Notes: generated by a model from the letters alone, not told the origin. A stretch of 64,000 nt of DNA from Eledone cirrhosa (GCA_964016885.1 CAXHJY010000157.1:1-64000); one strand, 5' to 3'. Shown: positions 1-15,335, numbered from the stretch's first letter. Program-made: numbers and translations.

Positions 1-1029
1 AGTTTTCTTAAGAGCTACAGTTGTTAGCCATCTTCCCTAGGGGTTGCTTATTCGTCAGGTAGCTGTCCACTTATATCGCAACTAACCATCATATCTGTTG
101 GTCGTATCACTATCCGCCACCTACGACCCGTTCTCTATTGAGGGTGTTATTAATATGCAGCAATACGTAATTTAAAAACTGGCCTAAATTTAGCGTCACC
201 ATTATATATTTCGGTCGGTATCAAAACGTTTCAGTTCTTTTCTAATTTTTCTTTTCTTGTTCATTGTTTCTCCTCTGAATATGTGTCTTCTTTTCCTCCA
301 CCCAGTCACTCTCCCTCCCTCCCTCCCGCCTTGCATTTGTATACCATTTAGAATTAATATCAGTCTCTTTTCCTCTCTCACACACACTATATATCCGCCA
401 TTTTATTGTTTCATTCAGCCTCTCTCTTCATATATTTCTTTATATATATCTATCTAACCCTTTCTGTGTTCCCTCTATATTTATATCCCAGTCATTTTCC
501 AACAAAATGATGCACACATTTTCTTCTGCTTCAACAACTAATCAGATGTGAATTGGAACGTGCATCCATTTGCTTATTTATTTATTTATGTATTTATTTA
601 TTTATTTATCTACTTTCAATTTCGATTGTTTTATTTTGTATTTGTTGTTAATGTTTGATTCTATAGACATCTCGCTTTTGAAAAAAAATATAAGAGAAAT
701 CAATATTTTTTTTTCTTTTTAAATTAAAAAACAAAAAACCCATTATAACATTATTTTCTTTGTTTCGGCAGGAATTCCGACTATAGATTTCCTGATAATT
801 GTTTTATTGAAAATGTTTTGGAAATGACTATTAAACCATATAAAATAACCATAATGTTTTATTTCTATAAATATTATAACATCCTTAGCTCGCTGAAATT
901 TGTTGGATTAAGTGTACCTTTTTAGTTAAACACAAAACAGGCATCACCTTTCAAATATCAAAATATTTTTGGCTTGTTGAAATTTTACAAAATTAAATAT
1001 ACATTGTGAGATATTTAATATAATATATA

Positions 1030-1217
1030 TAGTTGTTTCTACTTTTGGCACAAGGTCAGCAATTATCCAAGTGCATTACTGATGCTTTATTTTATAGACC
1101 CCGTAAGGATGAAAGACAAAGTTAAGCACGGAGGGATTTGAACTCGGAACGTAAAGGGTCGTAACTCTATGTTACAACGCATGACTCCGACTCTCTACCA
1201 GTACTGCAAATCCACCA
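1030..1217 (-). mobile_element. tRNA-derived octopus-type SINE (family A)
   Basis: Matches the window's recurrent ~190-bp unit; B box GTTCAAATCC and ctttcatccttacgggg core on the minus strand. Confidence 0.85.
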
Positions 1218-1239
1218 TACATGTAATGCAATATTTAGT

Positions 1240-1435
1240 CTCTTGGTAGAATTGGTAGAACATCGGTCAAACCACTTTGTCCCATCACGTTCTGAGTTCA
1301 AATCCCGCCGAGGTTAGCTTTGCCTTTCATCCTTACAGGGTTGATGAAATAAGGTACCAGTAACGCGCTGGGGTAGATTTAGTCGACATTCCCCTCCCTT
1401 CAAATTGCTGGTCTTGTGCCAAATTTAGATACAGT
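1240..1435 (+). mobile_element. SINE family A
   Basis: tggtagaattggtaga (A-box like), gagttcaaatcccgccgagg (B box), ctttcatccttacagggttgatgaaataaggtaccag. Confidence 0.85.
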
Positions 1436-1904
1436 ATTATGTTTTATTCTGAATACTAATACCAATAGCTTCTCTGATTCAGATGATAGGCAATGATTCA
1501 AAACTTTGGATCTACTTTTTCACAATATTTCTATGTTTTGCACGTTCTTCCAAATGCTTAGTCTCTCATGCAACCTAGCATCTGAATCAGTAACATAAGA
1601 TGCTAGTGATATAATCATGTTCCTATAATTATCTGTGCTTATGTACATGTATAAACACAAACACATCAAGCTTACTAAGTAGTTTAATGTAAAAGATTTA
1701 CATTTAGCCAAGCAAATAAAGGCAAAGTTTCCTAGTAAGTTATATGTATGAGGTTTTCAATTATTTTTAAAAGTATTCATATATATGTACTATGTATCGT
1801 TATTGTCAGCAATATTGGTGACACACCCTATACACTTTACAAGAAGGTTTTTATTTACTACTGAGTGTTCAAGCGTTAGTCAGCCTTGTGGTCATGGTGG
1901 ATAG

Positions 1905-2480
1905 AATGGAGAAGACAATGTCCCGGGGGATGGCCAGGTAGACATGTGGCACAGCCATTCCAACTCGTGGGGCTCACTGTTGCAAGTAGCCAACTCCGCC
2001 CAAATAGTAGAGTAAGGATGTAGTCCAGGGTCCCAAACCACTGAAAGTCTCCACTGTCACGGGACCGACCACAAACCTATCAGTGACCAGGCGATACTTC
2101 AACAGTTTGCCCTTTTCGGTCTGACGAGCAGCCAGGCATGGGCTGCTAGCCAAACACACCAGGTCGCCGCTAGAGAAGGTGTGGCAACATGTAGCATCCA
2201 AGAATACGGGCCTACCATCGCGGAGCGGGAATATTGTAATACCGACTGCTGACTTTGTTACCGTCCCCTCAATCCAGCTCTACTGGCTTGGGTGGGAACA
2301 GGAAGCCTGCAGCGTCCAGCCATGCTTTATGAACACGTTCATAGCAGCATGGCGTGGCAGGTGGCCAGCAGTATAATCGCATCACAGTGGGAGGAGGCCG
2401 AAAGAATCCTCAGAGAACTCACAGCGGTATTTGGGAGGCTCATAGATCCGTAGGACGAGCCTCATGGAACCCCGCAAACG
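1905..2480 (-). pseudogene. CRE-like non-LTR retrotransposon 3' remnant, restriction-like endonuclease (RLE) domain
   Basis: Minus strand reads, with frameshifts and stops, AGHLPRHAAMN...GITIFPLRDGRPVFLDATCCHTF...AARQTEKGKLLKY...GPVTVETFSGLGP...ELEWL, fitting RLE motifs RH, (W)DATC, K-KY and P-AVET-G; same family as 41776. Confidence 0.75.
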
Positions 2481-2578
2481 ATGGCAAATCATTGCTGTCC
2501 AGCTGACTGCCAATATTTTATTGTTTTGTGGGGTTTTTTTATATTTCATTAATATGTTTTATTATTATGTGATATTAT

Positions 2579-2892
2579 AGGGCGGTGGATCGGCAGCTTC
2601 GGTAGAGGGTCTGATGACATGCTTCGACGTTTAGAGTTACGGCCCTTGCCATTCTGAGTTCAAATCCCGCCGAGAGTAACTTTGCCTTTCATCCTTACGG
2701 GGTCGATAAAATAAAGTACCAGTAATGCTCTGGGTACTTGCTGGCCTTGTGGCAAAGGTAGAAACAATTATGTGATATTATAAAATCCTGCCGAGGTTAA
2801 CTTTGCCTTTCATCCTTACTGGGTCGACAAAATAAAGTACCAGTAATGAACTGGTGTAATTGCTGGCCTTGTGCCAAGAGTAGAAACAATTA
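2579..2892 (+). mobile_element. SINE family A, full copy followed by 5'-truncated copy
   Basis: agggcggtggatcggcagc head, gagttcaaatcccgcc; the 3' half is repeated from ~2783. Confidence 0.85.
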
Positions 2893-2959
2893 TAATTCTT
2901 TGAATATTATATCTTCCTATTAGTATTTTTGTATTATGAGTTTGGTTGGTGTTTTTAGG

Positions 2960-3080
2960 ATATATATATATAGTGCTAAATATACATATATATATATATA
3001 CATACATACATACATACATACATACATACATACATACACACACACACATACATACACACACACGCATACACATACATACA

Positions 3081-3111
<31 letters not shown>

Positions 3112-3212
3112 TACATATATATATATATATTACATATATATATTACATTACATATATATATATATATTACATATCTTTACATTACACATACATACATATA
3201 CATATATATACA
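2960..3212. repeat. compound (TA)n/(TACA)n/(CA)n microsatellite
   Basis: Directly visible. Confidence 0.95.
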
Positions 3213-3542
3213 TTATTTTTAATACTATGGCGCCAAAGAAGAGTTGCATTATTGAAGTCACGTATGTTGTTATATATGTCATTATTCATAACATTATAGA
3301 ACAACATTTATGGTGTTTGATATGCCGTGCTGTCTTCCACTAAGATGTCTATATAGTCAATAGTCAGGAAAATATTCCAAGCAACATATTGATGTTATTT
3401 ATGTATGAGAGCATGATAAAACACATAGAGTGTAGAGTAGAAATGGAAAGGGTGGTAATGAAGATAAGAACACTCCAAATGGTATTTATTTTCTAGTTAA
3501 TTTCTCTTTCAATTCTATTTCTATCTGCATGGCGGTTTGAGA

Positions 3543-3726
3543 ATAATTGTTTCTACTTTTGGCACAAGGCCAGCAATAACAGTGCATTACTGGTACTTTA
3601 TTTTATCGGCCCCGTAAGGCTGAAAGGCAAAGTTAACCTTGGCGGGATTTGAACTCAGATCATAGAGGGGCGTAACTCTGTGCTGCAAAGTATAGCGTCC
3701 GATCCTCTACCGATACTGCCAATCCA
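3543..3726 (-). mobile_element. SINE family A
   Basis: Near-consensus copy. Confidence 0.9.
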
Positions 3727-3775
3727 GAGAATAATATTACCTATGTACAGAAGTACATATAGTTACGGATACTCT

Positions 3776-4530
3776 CAACACATCAACACAACACAACACA
3801 ACACAACACAACACAACAATGCACACTCATACATCGAACACAACAAACGTACTCGAAACAATACAATACACGACTAACACAGCACACACACACACCTAAC
3901 ACAACATATACCCAACACTACGCCACACTTAGAGCACAGAACATACACACAACACTATGCCACACTCACAGCACAGAACACACACATGACAGTAACACAC
4001 CTTCACTACACATCCAAAACAATACTATAATCGCACATCCAACATAACAACACAAAAGCCCAAAACAATAACACACAGCTAACAACAATAACACATACCC
4101 GACATAACAACAATACACACCCAATAAAAAAACACACAAACCCAACACACACCCCACGCGTACAATACAATACCCACCCAACAAAACACTTACAACATAT
4201 ACACACTTATTTAGCAGAACGTACCGCCACCATCGCACACACATGTCATACACATTCTCAGCATAGTATATATGATCAACACAAACACAAACACATATAC
4301 GCATACACATGCATACGTACACATAACAGTATGAAACATACGCACAGCACAACCACCACAACATGTACACACACATTTAACACAACATAGCACCAGCATA
4401 ACACACAAATCTCATACACACACTCAGCATAGTAAATATTTTCAACACACACACACACACACACGGCATAACAGCACACACACACAACAGAAAACATGTA
4501 TCTAACACATACACACATCACCACAATACA
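3776..4530. repeat. CA/CAA-rich low-complexity tract
   Basis: (ACACA)n and degenerate CA repeats. Confidence 0.9.
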
Positions 4531-5019
4531 CCGACATAAAACCGGAATAGCATGCAGGTAAATTCATAATAGTCGTTAATACTTCTCGACTCTAAAGCTA
4601 AAATGGCTGCCTACATGTTCCCTTTCAATTGCACAATGTTTCAATCCATTACACGCAACAATCAAACCGACATGCAACTAGCTATCTCCCTACATACATG
4701 CACGCGACTATGACCCAACTTATGCTGTGATTTACAAGCTATATCGTCTGAGGCAACGACACATTTAATTACACATGCCAAACAGGAGGAAACAGCCTTA
4801 TTAATAAGAGGTACCAAATCAATTATAGAAATAAATTCAACGCTTTACATACCATAAATATCAACTCCCCATAAAATATCAACCATTAATCATTACTTCT
4901 TAATTTATTATTCATTAACTATACGTACATGCTTTATAGTATATATGAATGGACTGTCAGCATGTTTATAAAGATATCTATCTATGGTCACGAATTGCCA
5001 TAGGTATTTCATAGGGAAT

Positions 5020-5285
5020 GCACCCGCTGATGCACAAACCCCGGGCAAAATGTTTACCCGTGGAAGAGCAACAGCCGCTCGTACTACAAATCTTCTGTCT
5101 TCACACCACTAATGTTGTGCAAGAGAAAGACAAAGACCGATACAGCTTGGCACCATTAAACATCGCAACTTATTTCTCCAGCTAAGTATGTTGGAACAAC
5201 ATGAAATAAGGTGTCTTGCCTAAGGAAATCAACCTCGTATACTCAGGATTATGAGAACCTCAATCCACGAAGCTATTCGCCTTCA
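5020..5285 (-). mobile_element. second tRNA-derived SINE (family B), degenerate
   Basis: Reverse complement resembles 27278-27580 (tgaaataaggtgtcttgcc, gatacagcttggcacca, gcaacttatttct). Confidence 0.7.
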
Positions 5286-8200
5286 CCAACATATCTTTAA
5301 ACACTACTTTATATATATTAGTCCCAGTAAATTATTCTAGCAATAAGAATGTTTCAGAAACAAAGAAAATATAATATCTACATATTCACCAATTATACAT
5401 AAAATGTTAACACCTTCATGTGATGTTCAATACCTAGAAAATATATTATGTTTATGTTTGATTAACAGAATACCTCTGACTTGATACCTGCACCTTACCA
5501 CCATTTCTACTGAGTTAATAACGTTGTGGTGAATATTCCTGTTATACAGACCTATCAACCTCTAAAAACCCAAACGGCGAGTACCATGAAAAAGGTGCCC
5601 CCAAAACGGGGAGCGATGAGGCAAAATGGGGAGAACATACACATTGAAAGCTATACCCATGTTCACAAGAGAAGACATCTCTCACCCACCGTAAAGTGGG
5701 TGGAAGATCTCCCCGTCGGACGGGAGAGTTGACATGTATGTGTTATGGTATGTAAATCTTCCTTGTTTCATCAATAGCATAACTGTGAGTTGATATATAT
5801 CCTTTTTACTAACACTTATAATTTTTTTATAACATTGTGGCAACTATCATCTCTCTGCTATATAACACTGATTAAGGCAGGTGTACATAAGACATGAATA
5901 CAACAGATAGGCATGTGGTGGATTGCTGGAGGCTGTTGGGTTCTCTGTTTTACAACTTACAGTGAAAGAACAGCAAGATAGTAAGAAAACAGGTTTATAA
6001 GGATGTTATTGAATGTATAGATATTTACAAAAAGGAATGTTATCTATTTGATAGTGAATATATTTCAAACAAACGATAGATCGATGCATAAGTATATATA
6101 AATATATAAACATACACACACACGCAGGCCCGTGCATACAAATACAGAGAAAGAGAGAGAGAGAAATTTACACAGACATGTATATAAAGACATAAGCTCA
6201 CATCCATAACCACATACACAGGCGTAAAGAAAGACACACACACATAAACAAACATATATACAAAATTCCACACCTATATAAACACATAGATACACATATT
6301 TAAAGACATAGAGGCCCACAACTTATCATATGAGCATAATAACACCTTAGACACATGCATAACAGAGTTATCTAGAAAGAAACATATATGTCAGCAAATA
6401 AAAATGAATATATGAGAGAAACCATATTTCTATAATTCCTGCTTAACATACAGCATATGACTTCAGATCTTCAAGTGAATTCTACGGTTAATTAATTGCT
6501 CATTTCAAGAGATAATTAGTGACTTAATTACAGCGTCCATGTTTATAGAATTAGGCTCCTCCCCAGAGATTCAAAATTCTTTAATGTTTTGACAGTAAAT
6601 AAATGAGGCAGACCCTATCCATCTCCAGACAACTGTTCATATATTTACGAGCGACTAGATTTCGATATATTGTATATATAATCGTTACGCAACACTGGTG
6701 TCTTTGTAATACAATTCTGTGTTCCACTAATCATAATATACCAACATATGTTATATCATAAATATTTACTATAATGAAGTCCATAGAAATATTTATTATT
6801 TAATTGTTTTCTAGATTTTAATTATTTACTTCAAAGAATATTTTAATAATTATTAAATCAATTTAACCGACCATAATTGTGAATCTAACTGATTAATTCA
6901 AACATCTCCAAAAAGTAATAATTCACAATTGCGAATGCAATTCACTTTACTGGAATCATTACAAACATTGAGGAAACTATTAAAGTGACAATCTACAATA
7001 AATTACACTTTAAACAGGAAATAATGATGATTATAATTACAGCATATTTAGAAATATATTCACAATGAGTCTATAATTTGAATAATTACTGTTGAAAAAT
7101 GAGCCTGTATATGGAGGAATTGGTAATGTAAAATAACTTATTTTTAGGTTAATTTCTTTTATACCCAAACCTGAAACTACACAAGCGTAGTTTCTTTCCA
7201 TTATCAATCAAATATTAGTTTCAATTAAATTGATCCTAACCTTATGTCAGTGTTAGAATGTAAGCTACACTCAGTGAACAGAGAGACTGTAGTATACCTG
7301 CACATTGTTAGAACTGTTTAACACACTTCATCTGTGTTTTAACAGCATGGCTCATTAGTAATCCCATTTCATGACCTCTAAATCTATAGCTACGAATATT
7401 GTGCCTAACCACATCTAATTGGTGATTGGTGTCCAAATACAGAAAATGTTCAATGCCAAAAATAACAGAATAATGTGTGCATTATCGCTCGCCGTTCTGC
7501 GTTCAAATCCGGGCATAGGTTGCTAATAGCTCAAGTGAAAACATACTTTCCGTCCTAACACACGTGTATTAAATCTTTGCTACATCGACACCGAGAGTCA
7601 CGTATCCTTGATGTGAGATGTTTTGACTCTGCCAAATATACGGCCAGCACTTCAAACACGACGATAGGATCACTTTTCCATCCACAAACTGGTAACGTAT
7701 CCTTCAATGATAGAGGCTACTTACATGTAGACGAGACAAATACATGTGACTTAGATAACTAATAGAAGCAGCAGGGGAATTATGTGTGCATTATCCCTCT
7801 CCGTTCTGCGTTCAAATCCGAGCGGAGGTTGGCTGTCTTTCTTCTCTTGGGGTCAATATACGCAGCAGAGGAAGGCATATTAAACATCTCTCGTTATAAT
7901 ATAGTCAATATTTCAAATCCTGTCATGTATAAAAGTTGGGTTAGTATGTTCTGTTGATGTGAGATATGTTAATGCTATCTTGATACACTATCTGAAGATG
8001 AAGTCATATGTCGTTCAGCAGTGTGTACATGATCAAGATAGCCGATATGTAAACTAAATCTGTAAAGGTGCAACTATGATCCAACAGACGTATTGCTAGG
8101 TAGATATACTATTCGAAGACGAAGTTCTATGTCGTAAAACTATAGGCTAATAAATGTGTCCGATGCGAGAAAGCTTTTGCGGTCTTGTCCGCGAGATGTA

Positions 8201-8812
8201 GCCCTAACACCACCGCACCCGAGTCCTAGAGCCCATCACCCTCCCCATTCCTCCACCCATTTTTCTGTGACCCTAGGGCCCTTGCCATTCCTTTCCTTTT
8301 CCGTTTGTGATTATTGAGAAATGATTTATTTTTGTTTCTTTGTTTTAAGAACAAAACATTTCTCCGCCCCACCAATCACTTAATGGTAATGCCATTATAT
8401 TAAGCTGTCATTGAGTATAGGTTATGCATTGTCATCTAATAAGTGGCTTAAAATATTGTTTTATTAGTTTAGTTTATTTATAGCATATACATAAAATATA
8501 TCCACCATATATATAGACGGAGTTGTGTGTTATACAACAATATCAAAAGAAACGTACACCATCTAAACAGACTATATGAAGACGAAGTGGTATATTTATG
8601 AATCTGTTGTTTAAATGATTTACTAGTATCCTTATATATTCCGTGTGCAAATGTATACAGTTATATTCGACTTTCAACATACATGTTAGCATGTTGAACA
8701 TGTTATTTAGTGATTTTACACATGGAACATTTCAGCCAAATTTTACCTTTAAAAATAGAAAGTAACATTCTTGACAGAAACACTGAAATATATGTTTATA
8801 TATTCTTAATGA

Positions 8813-9945
8813 TAATTGTTTCTACCTTTGGCACAAGGCCAGCAATTATCCCAGTGCATTACTGGTACTTTATTTTATCGACCCCGTAAGGATGAAAGGC
8901 GAAGTTAACCTCGACGGACACCATGCTTCAAAGCATGGTGTCCGACGCTCTACCGATACTGCCAATCCATCGCCCCTTACATATTTATATAATGGTTTCT
9001 TATATAGGCACAAGGCCAACAATTTTGGGGGAGGGGAAAATCCATTAAATCGACCTCAGTACGTTACTGGTGCTTTATTTTATCGACCCCATAAGGATGA
9101 AAGGCAAAGTTAACGTCGGCGGGATTTGAACTCAGACTGTAAAGGACCGTAACTCTATGCTGCAAAGCATGGCGTCCGACCTTCTACCGATATTGCCAAT
9201 CCACCGCCCTCTTACATATTTATATAATTGTTTCTACTTTAGGCACAAGGCCAGAAATTACCCAGTGCATTACTGGTACTTTATTTTATCGACCCCGTAA
9301 GGATGAAAGGCAAAGTCAACCTCGGCGGGATTTGAACTCAGATTGTAAAGGGACGTAACTATGCTGCAAAGCATGGCGTCCGACCTTCTACCGATATTGC
9401 CAATCCACCGCCTTACATATTTATATAATGTCTATCGATCAGGTCCAGGTTTGTCTTTAACCTCTTTGTATTTTCGTTGTTGTATTGGCTATGTGGCAAC
9501 GTGTCTTCGGTCGTATATTCTTAAGAATAATAGTTTCTGATTTAGCCACAAGGCCAACATTTTTGGGGAGAGGGAAAAGTCGATTAAATCGACGTTACTG
9601 GTTCTTTATTTAATAGACTCCGAAAATATGAAAGGCAAAGATAACCTCAGCGAGATTTGAACTTTGGATGTAAAGGACCGTGAATATATTCCACAAAGCA
9701 TAATATCTGACGCTCTAACGATACTGTCAATGCACGGCCCTATATATTCTTAATAATTGTTTCTACTTTTGGCACAAGGCCAGCAATTATCCCAGTGTAT
9801 TACTGGTACTTTATTTTATCGACCCCATAAGGATGAAAGGCAAAGTTAACCTCGGCAGGATTTGAACTCAGACCACAAAGGGCCGTAACTCTTTGCTGCA
9901 AAGCATGGCGTCCGACCCTCTACCGATACTGCCAATCCATCGCCC
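8813..9945 (-). mobile_element. cluster of five head-to-tail SINE A copies
   Basis: Copies at about 8813-8976, 8990-9210, 9224-9412, 9527-9740 and 9753-9945. Confidence 0.9.
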
Positions 9946-10643
9946 TATATATTCTTACGATATATGGAGCAACTACTTCATCGTTCATGATCAGCTAACA
10001 CCAGGAAACAAGGGAAACATTCCTATTGATTTCAGTAGCTGGAGAAGAGCTAGCACATTATCTTCAGTCCGTGCACTCAGGAAAAAACTCTGTGCATTTA
10101 TTTATGCATGGAAGCATATTTCGTTTTGTCCGTGTAAGAAAGTATTTATATGTTTGTGTGTACATACATGTTTGTTTAGCGTGCAGAAAATAGTTATGAT
10201 AGAGAATGCAACATGGCTTCCTCATTCAGTTATCCACACACATAAAATAAAAGTTCGTCCTTCTGTATACCATCTGAACTGGAGCACATCTCAAAATCAT
10301 GCTTCAGCATAAATTAAAGAACGGAATTGCATTTAGTTAAAACACTAGTTAATCATTACCGTAACATAGCAATTTCTATACTTTTTTTATTTCATCATTC
10401 AATCTAAAGGATGTTTACGTCAGATTTTGAACGAATTTTGTTCTACTTACGTTCGAAAATTTTGGAAGTTTTTGTTGTGAGTTTTTAGCCATACAATTAT
10501 ATGTTCTTTTATATTTTTATTGTTAAATTGTTCGGAAAATAGGATCATTTGAATCTCACTATTTCGCCTCGTAAATTGCCTATCCATATTTTGCTTGAGC
10601 AGTTTTTTGGTGTATGGTTGATTAGAGCACATTCACTTAATGG

Positions 10644-10646
<3 letters not shown>

Positions 10647-10742
<96 letters not shown>

Positions 10743-10949
10743 TAATGATATATATACATATATGCATATATATATATATATAAACATATACATACCTACA
10801 TAAATATATATATATATATGTATGTATATACACATATATATATATATATGCATATATATATAGGTGTGCGTGTGTCGGCGTACACATATGTATATATGCA
10901 TATATTTATATATGCATATATATATATATATATATATATAGATAGATAT

Positions 10950-10998
<49 letters not shown>

Positions 10999-11059
10999 TA
11001 GATATAGATATATATATATATATAGATAGATATAGATATATATATATAGATAGATATAG

Positions 11060-11093
<34 letters not shown>

Positions 11094-11159
11094 TATGCAT
11101 ATATATGTATATATAATATATATGCATATATATGTATATATATATATATATATATATGC

Positions 11160-11218
<59 letters not shown>

Positions 11219-11270
11219 TATATATAGATATACAGGTGTACATATAAATATATTATATATATTTATGTAT
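10647..11270. repeat. long (TA)n-dominated compound microsatellite
   Basis: Directly visible. Confidence 0.95.
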
Positions 11271-11488
11271 GAAAATATGCATGTAATACGTGTAACATAT
11301 ATACAACTATAGAATATTCAACCACTTAAAGTTGTCTTCTGTTATGTTTAACATAAAATCAACCTATCACTCACTAAAATTATATATATATTGTTCCAAC
11401 AATAGAACTTATCGATTAGTAAACCGTTGAACTAGTCAAGCGAATGAAAATTAATTCCCCTATATTATTAATAATATCAACGTTAACA

Positions 11489-11920
11489 TTGGATTGGTAG
11501 TATTGATAGAGCGTCAGACAACATGCTTTGTGGCATATAGTTGTGGCCCTTTACGTTCTGAAATCAAATCTCCCCGAGTGTAGGTTTACCTTTCATGCTT
11601 AGGGGTCAATAAAATAAAGAATCAGTCACACACAAGATTGATTTAATCGTCTTTCGCCTTCCCTAAAATGGTTGGCCTTATGCCTATATCAGAAATCATA
11701 AGTATTATCGCTAACATTGGATTCGCAGTATCGTTAGAGCGTTGGACAACATGCTTTGTGGCATATAGTTACGACCCTTTACCTTCTGAGATCAAATCCC
11801 GCCTAGCTCTATAAAATCAGCAACATACTGTGGTCGATCCAAATATGTTATGCGAAATACTTAATCGACACTCCCCTTCTACAACTTTGTTGAACATCTG
11901 CCTAAATTTGAAACCATTAT
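11489..11920 (+). mobile_element. two tandem diverged SINE A copies
   Basis: Two heads (tggattggtagtattg; tggattcgcagtatcg), each preceded by taacat. Confidence 0.75.
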
Positions 11921-12235
11921 TTTTGCTGTTTTGTTGTTGACCTCGTTATAAAATTTCAAATGAGAGCGTGTGTGGAGACCAATGAAGAGTACCAGTCAAA
12001 ATTTCTTACATAATGTTCATTTCTATGATAGATTTATGAAGTTAAAACTTAACAGTGTTTAAGTTTTGGTAGATTAATTATCGGTTGTTGCCTTGCTGTA
12101 GTCGATTCATGAACTTAATCTCTATATGTACCGCGTTATATCAGGGAAATAATAGAGAAATACATTAAATGATCAGCTAGACCAGTATAAAACAGGAATA
12201 CTGAAAGAAATTTGTTAGACTATATATATGCGTTT

Positions 12236-13124
<889 letters not shown>

Positions 13125-13868
13125 AGTTCTTTCCTCCCATATCTGAGGCATCTGCAGAACTCGCAAAATAAATACATCACCGCCACAATTCCAGTATAAC
13201 GTATTCAGATAATTTATTGTTAAGATATAAAATTTGCTATAAACCCCCTGTCATTGAATTGAAAAGATATTATAGCTCTGTAGATTCAATCATGGGATAA
13301 TTTTGCGTCGATATAGGTGTTCAAATTAATAATATAATATATAATTATATTGCTTTCAGGTATCAGATATTGGGTTTACTGAGATGACCATAGAACAAAT
13401 TGGTATTTTTTACTGTAGTAATGCATGGTTAGGTACATGGCTTCTTTTATTAACACTAAAATGGTTTCTGGCTATATTAGACAATAGATCTGCGAGGCGA
13501 TTAGACCGAACAATATGTTTACGTTGTTTAGCTATTGTATCAATTCATAAAACCTCCTTCGTCACAGCAGATTTCTGTTATAATAGATTGGTGACTGATC
13601 AAATATTCACCTGTGTTTCACAATACATTAATGTTCGTAGCCTGCCCCAGCTGAAACATTTAAAGTCATGTATAATGGTAGATATTTGTGAAGTTAAGAG
13701 AAATTACTTTAATAACTATTAGTATGTAGCAGACACCACGTCTGTGAGACCATAACGCTAGGCTACTATAAGGTATAATAAATACCTGCTTGAGTAACGT
13801 GGGTGTGGAGTATATATTTCAAATAAAATAACGACTCAGCTTATACATATATGCATATATGTATCCTT

Positions 13869-13972
<104 letters not shown>

Positions 13973-13973
13973 C

Positions 13974-14142
13974 AAGGACCATTGGTTACTCCTTCATTAC
14001 GTTTATTGGTTGGTGACGCGCGTTTCGCTATTTTTGATTCCAGAGTCGGGCTAGATCGATACAGATCGAACCTTCAGCTGATCAGTAGCGAAACGCGCGT
14101 CACCAACCAATAAACGTAATGAAAGAGTAACCACTCGTCCTT
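13974..14142. repeat. inverted repeat (~57-bp arms) next to (TA)n, containing an HHR 3' half
   Basis: 13974-14030 versus 14086-14142; GAAA-cgcgcg-TC followed by aataaa. Confidence 0.85.
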
Positions 14143-14159
14143 CTATTATTATTATATTA

Positions 14160-14350
14160 GGAAGATGGATTGACTGTACAGGTAGAGGGTCGGACGCCAT
14201 GCTTTGCAGCATTGAGTTACGTTCCTCTGCGGTCTGAGTTCAAATCTTGAGGTTAACTTTGCCTGGCATCCTTACGGAGTCGATAAAATAAAGTACCAGT
14301 AATGTACTGGTGAATGTGTTGGTCTTGTGCCAAAAGGTAGAGACAATTAT
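14160..14350 (+). mobile_element. SINE family A
   Basis: gagggtcggacgccatgctttgcagc...gagttcaaatc...gtcgataaaataaagtaccag. Confidence 0.85.
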
Positions 14351-14450
14351 TATTATATTACACCCTGTCTAGCTCTAGACCTTCATACTAACGTGAACCT
14401 AAACATCGAGTGCTCACCCGGGTGAACCTACAGTAACTCCCTGGATATAT

Positions 14451-14510
<60 letters not shown>

Positions 14511-14558
14511 TTATGTATATGAATCCATTATATATACATGTATATATATATATATATG

Positions 14559-14600
<42 letters not shown>

Positions 14601-14614
14601 CATATATATATATG

Positions 14615-14645
<31 letters not shown>

Positions 14646-15040
14646 CTATATATATATATAGGAACGAGTATATATATATATATATATATCCATACATATA
14701 TATATATACACAGAGAGAGGGAGAGAGAGAGAGAGAGAATGAGAGAGAAACATGAAGGGGATCTGCTTCGTAATGGACGCCAACTAAAGATACCTTAAAA
14801 TCTGTGGATACAACAATGAATGAAGTAAGATTACTGCCATGAAAAAAAGTTAGTGGATGCACTTAACATCTTCCGTCTTCTATAGAGATATATTTTTATT
14901 ACCTAGGTTTGCTACTATGCAATTTGCCAAATTATGTAGCAGATTGATAATACATTGCCAACTACTAACTTTTTCCTTCACACACTTCCTGAATACTAAA
15001 ATATTCGAAAATACAACTGCTGACACTCTTACACGCAAAG

Positions 15041-15108
<68 letters not shown>

Positions 15109-15160
15109 GTATATATATATATATATGAGGAGCGAGGCGTCTATATATATATATATATAT

Positions 15161-15335
15161 ATAACGAAGGAAATGTGGTAAGGAACCAGGTGGACCATAA
15201 CGCACCAAAGTACTCAATACTTGAGGTAGTAGAGTGGGTAATAGCCCCGACAGCTGAGCTCAAGCCGTTTCGACGGCTAATTCTGGACTAGTCCAGAATT
15301 AGCTGTCGAAACGGCTTGAGCTCAGCTGTCGGGGC
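15161..15335 (-). mobile_element. family H fold-back insertion with 3' tail
   Basis: ataacgaaggaaatgtggtaagg tail plus hairpin centred on ctggactagtccag; flanked by TA on both sides. Confidence 0.85.

Noticed and set aside
12-65. Possible minus-strand hammerhead (agctac-CTGACGA...caactgta)
   Set aside because: The GAAA box is missing and stems are ambiguous
7985-8600. Three short similar strings (LSEDEVICR, LFEDEVLCR, LYEDEVVYL)
   Set aside because: Too short and surrounded by stops; no domain or exon structure can be supported
13350-13410. Possible micro-exon after tattgctttcAG
   Set aside because: Weak donor, no recognisable protein and no partner exons
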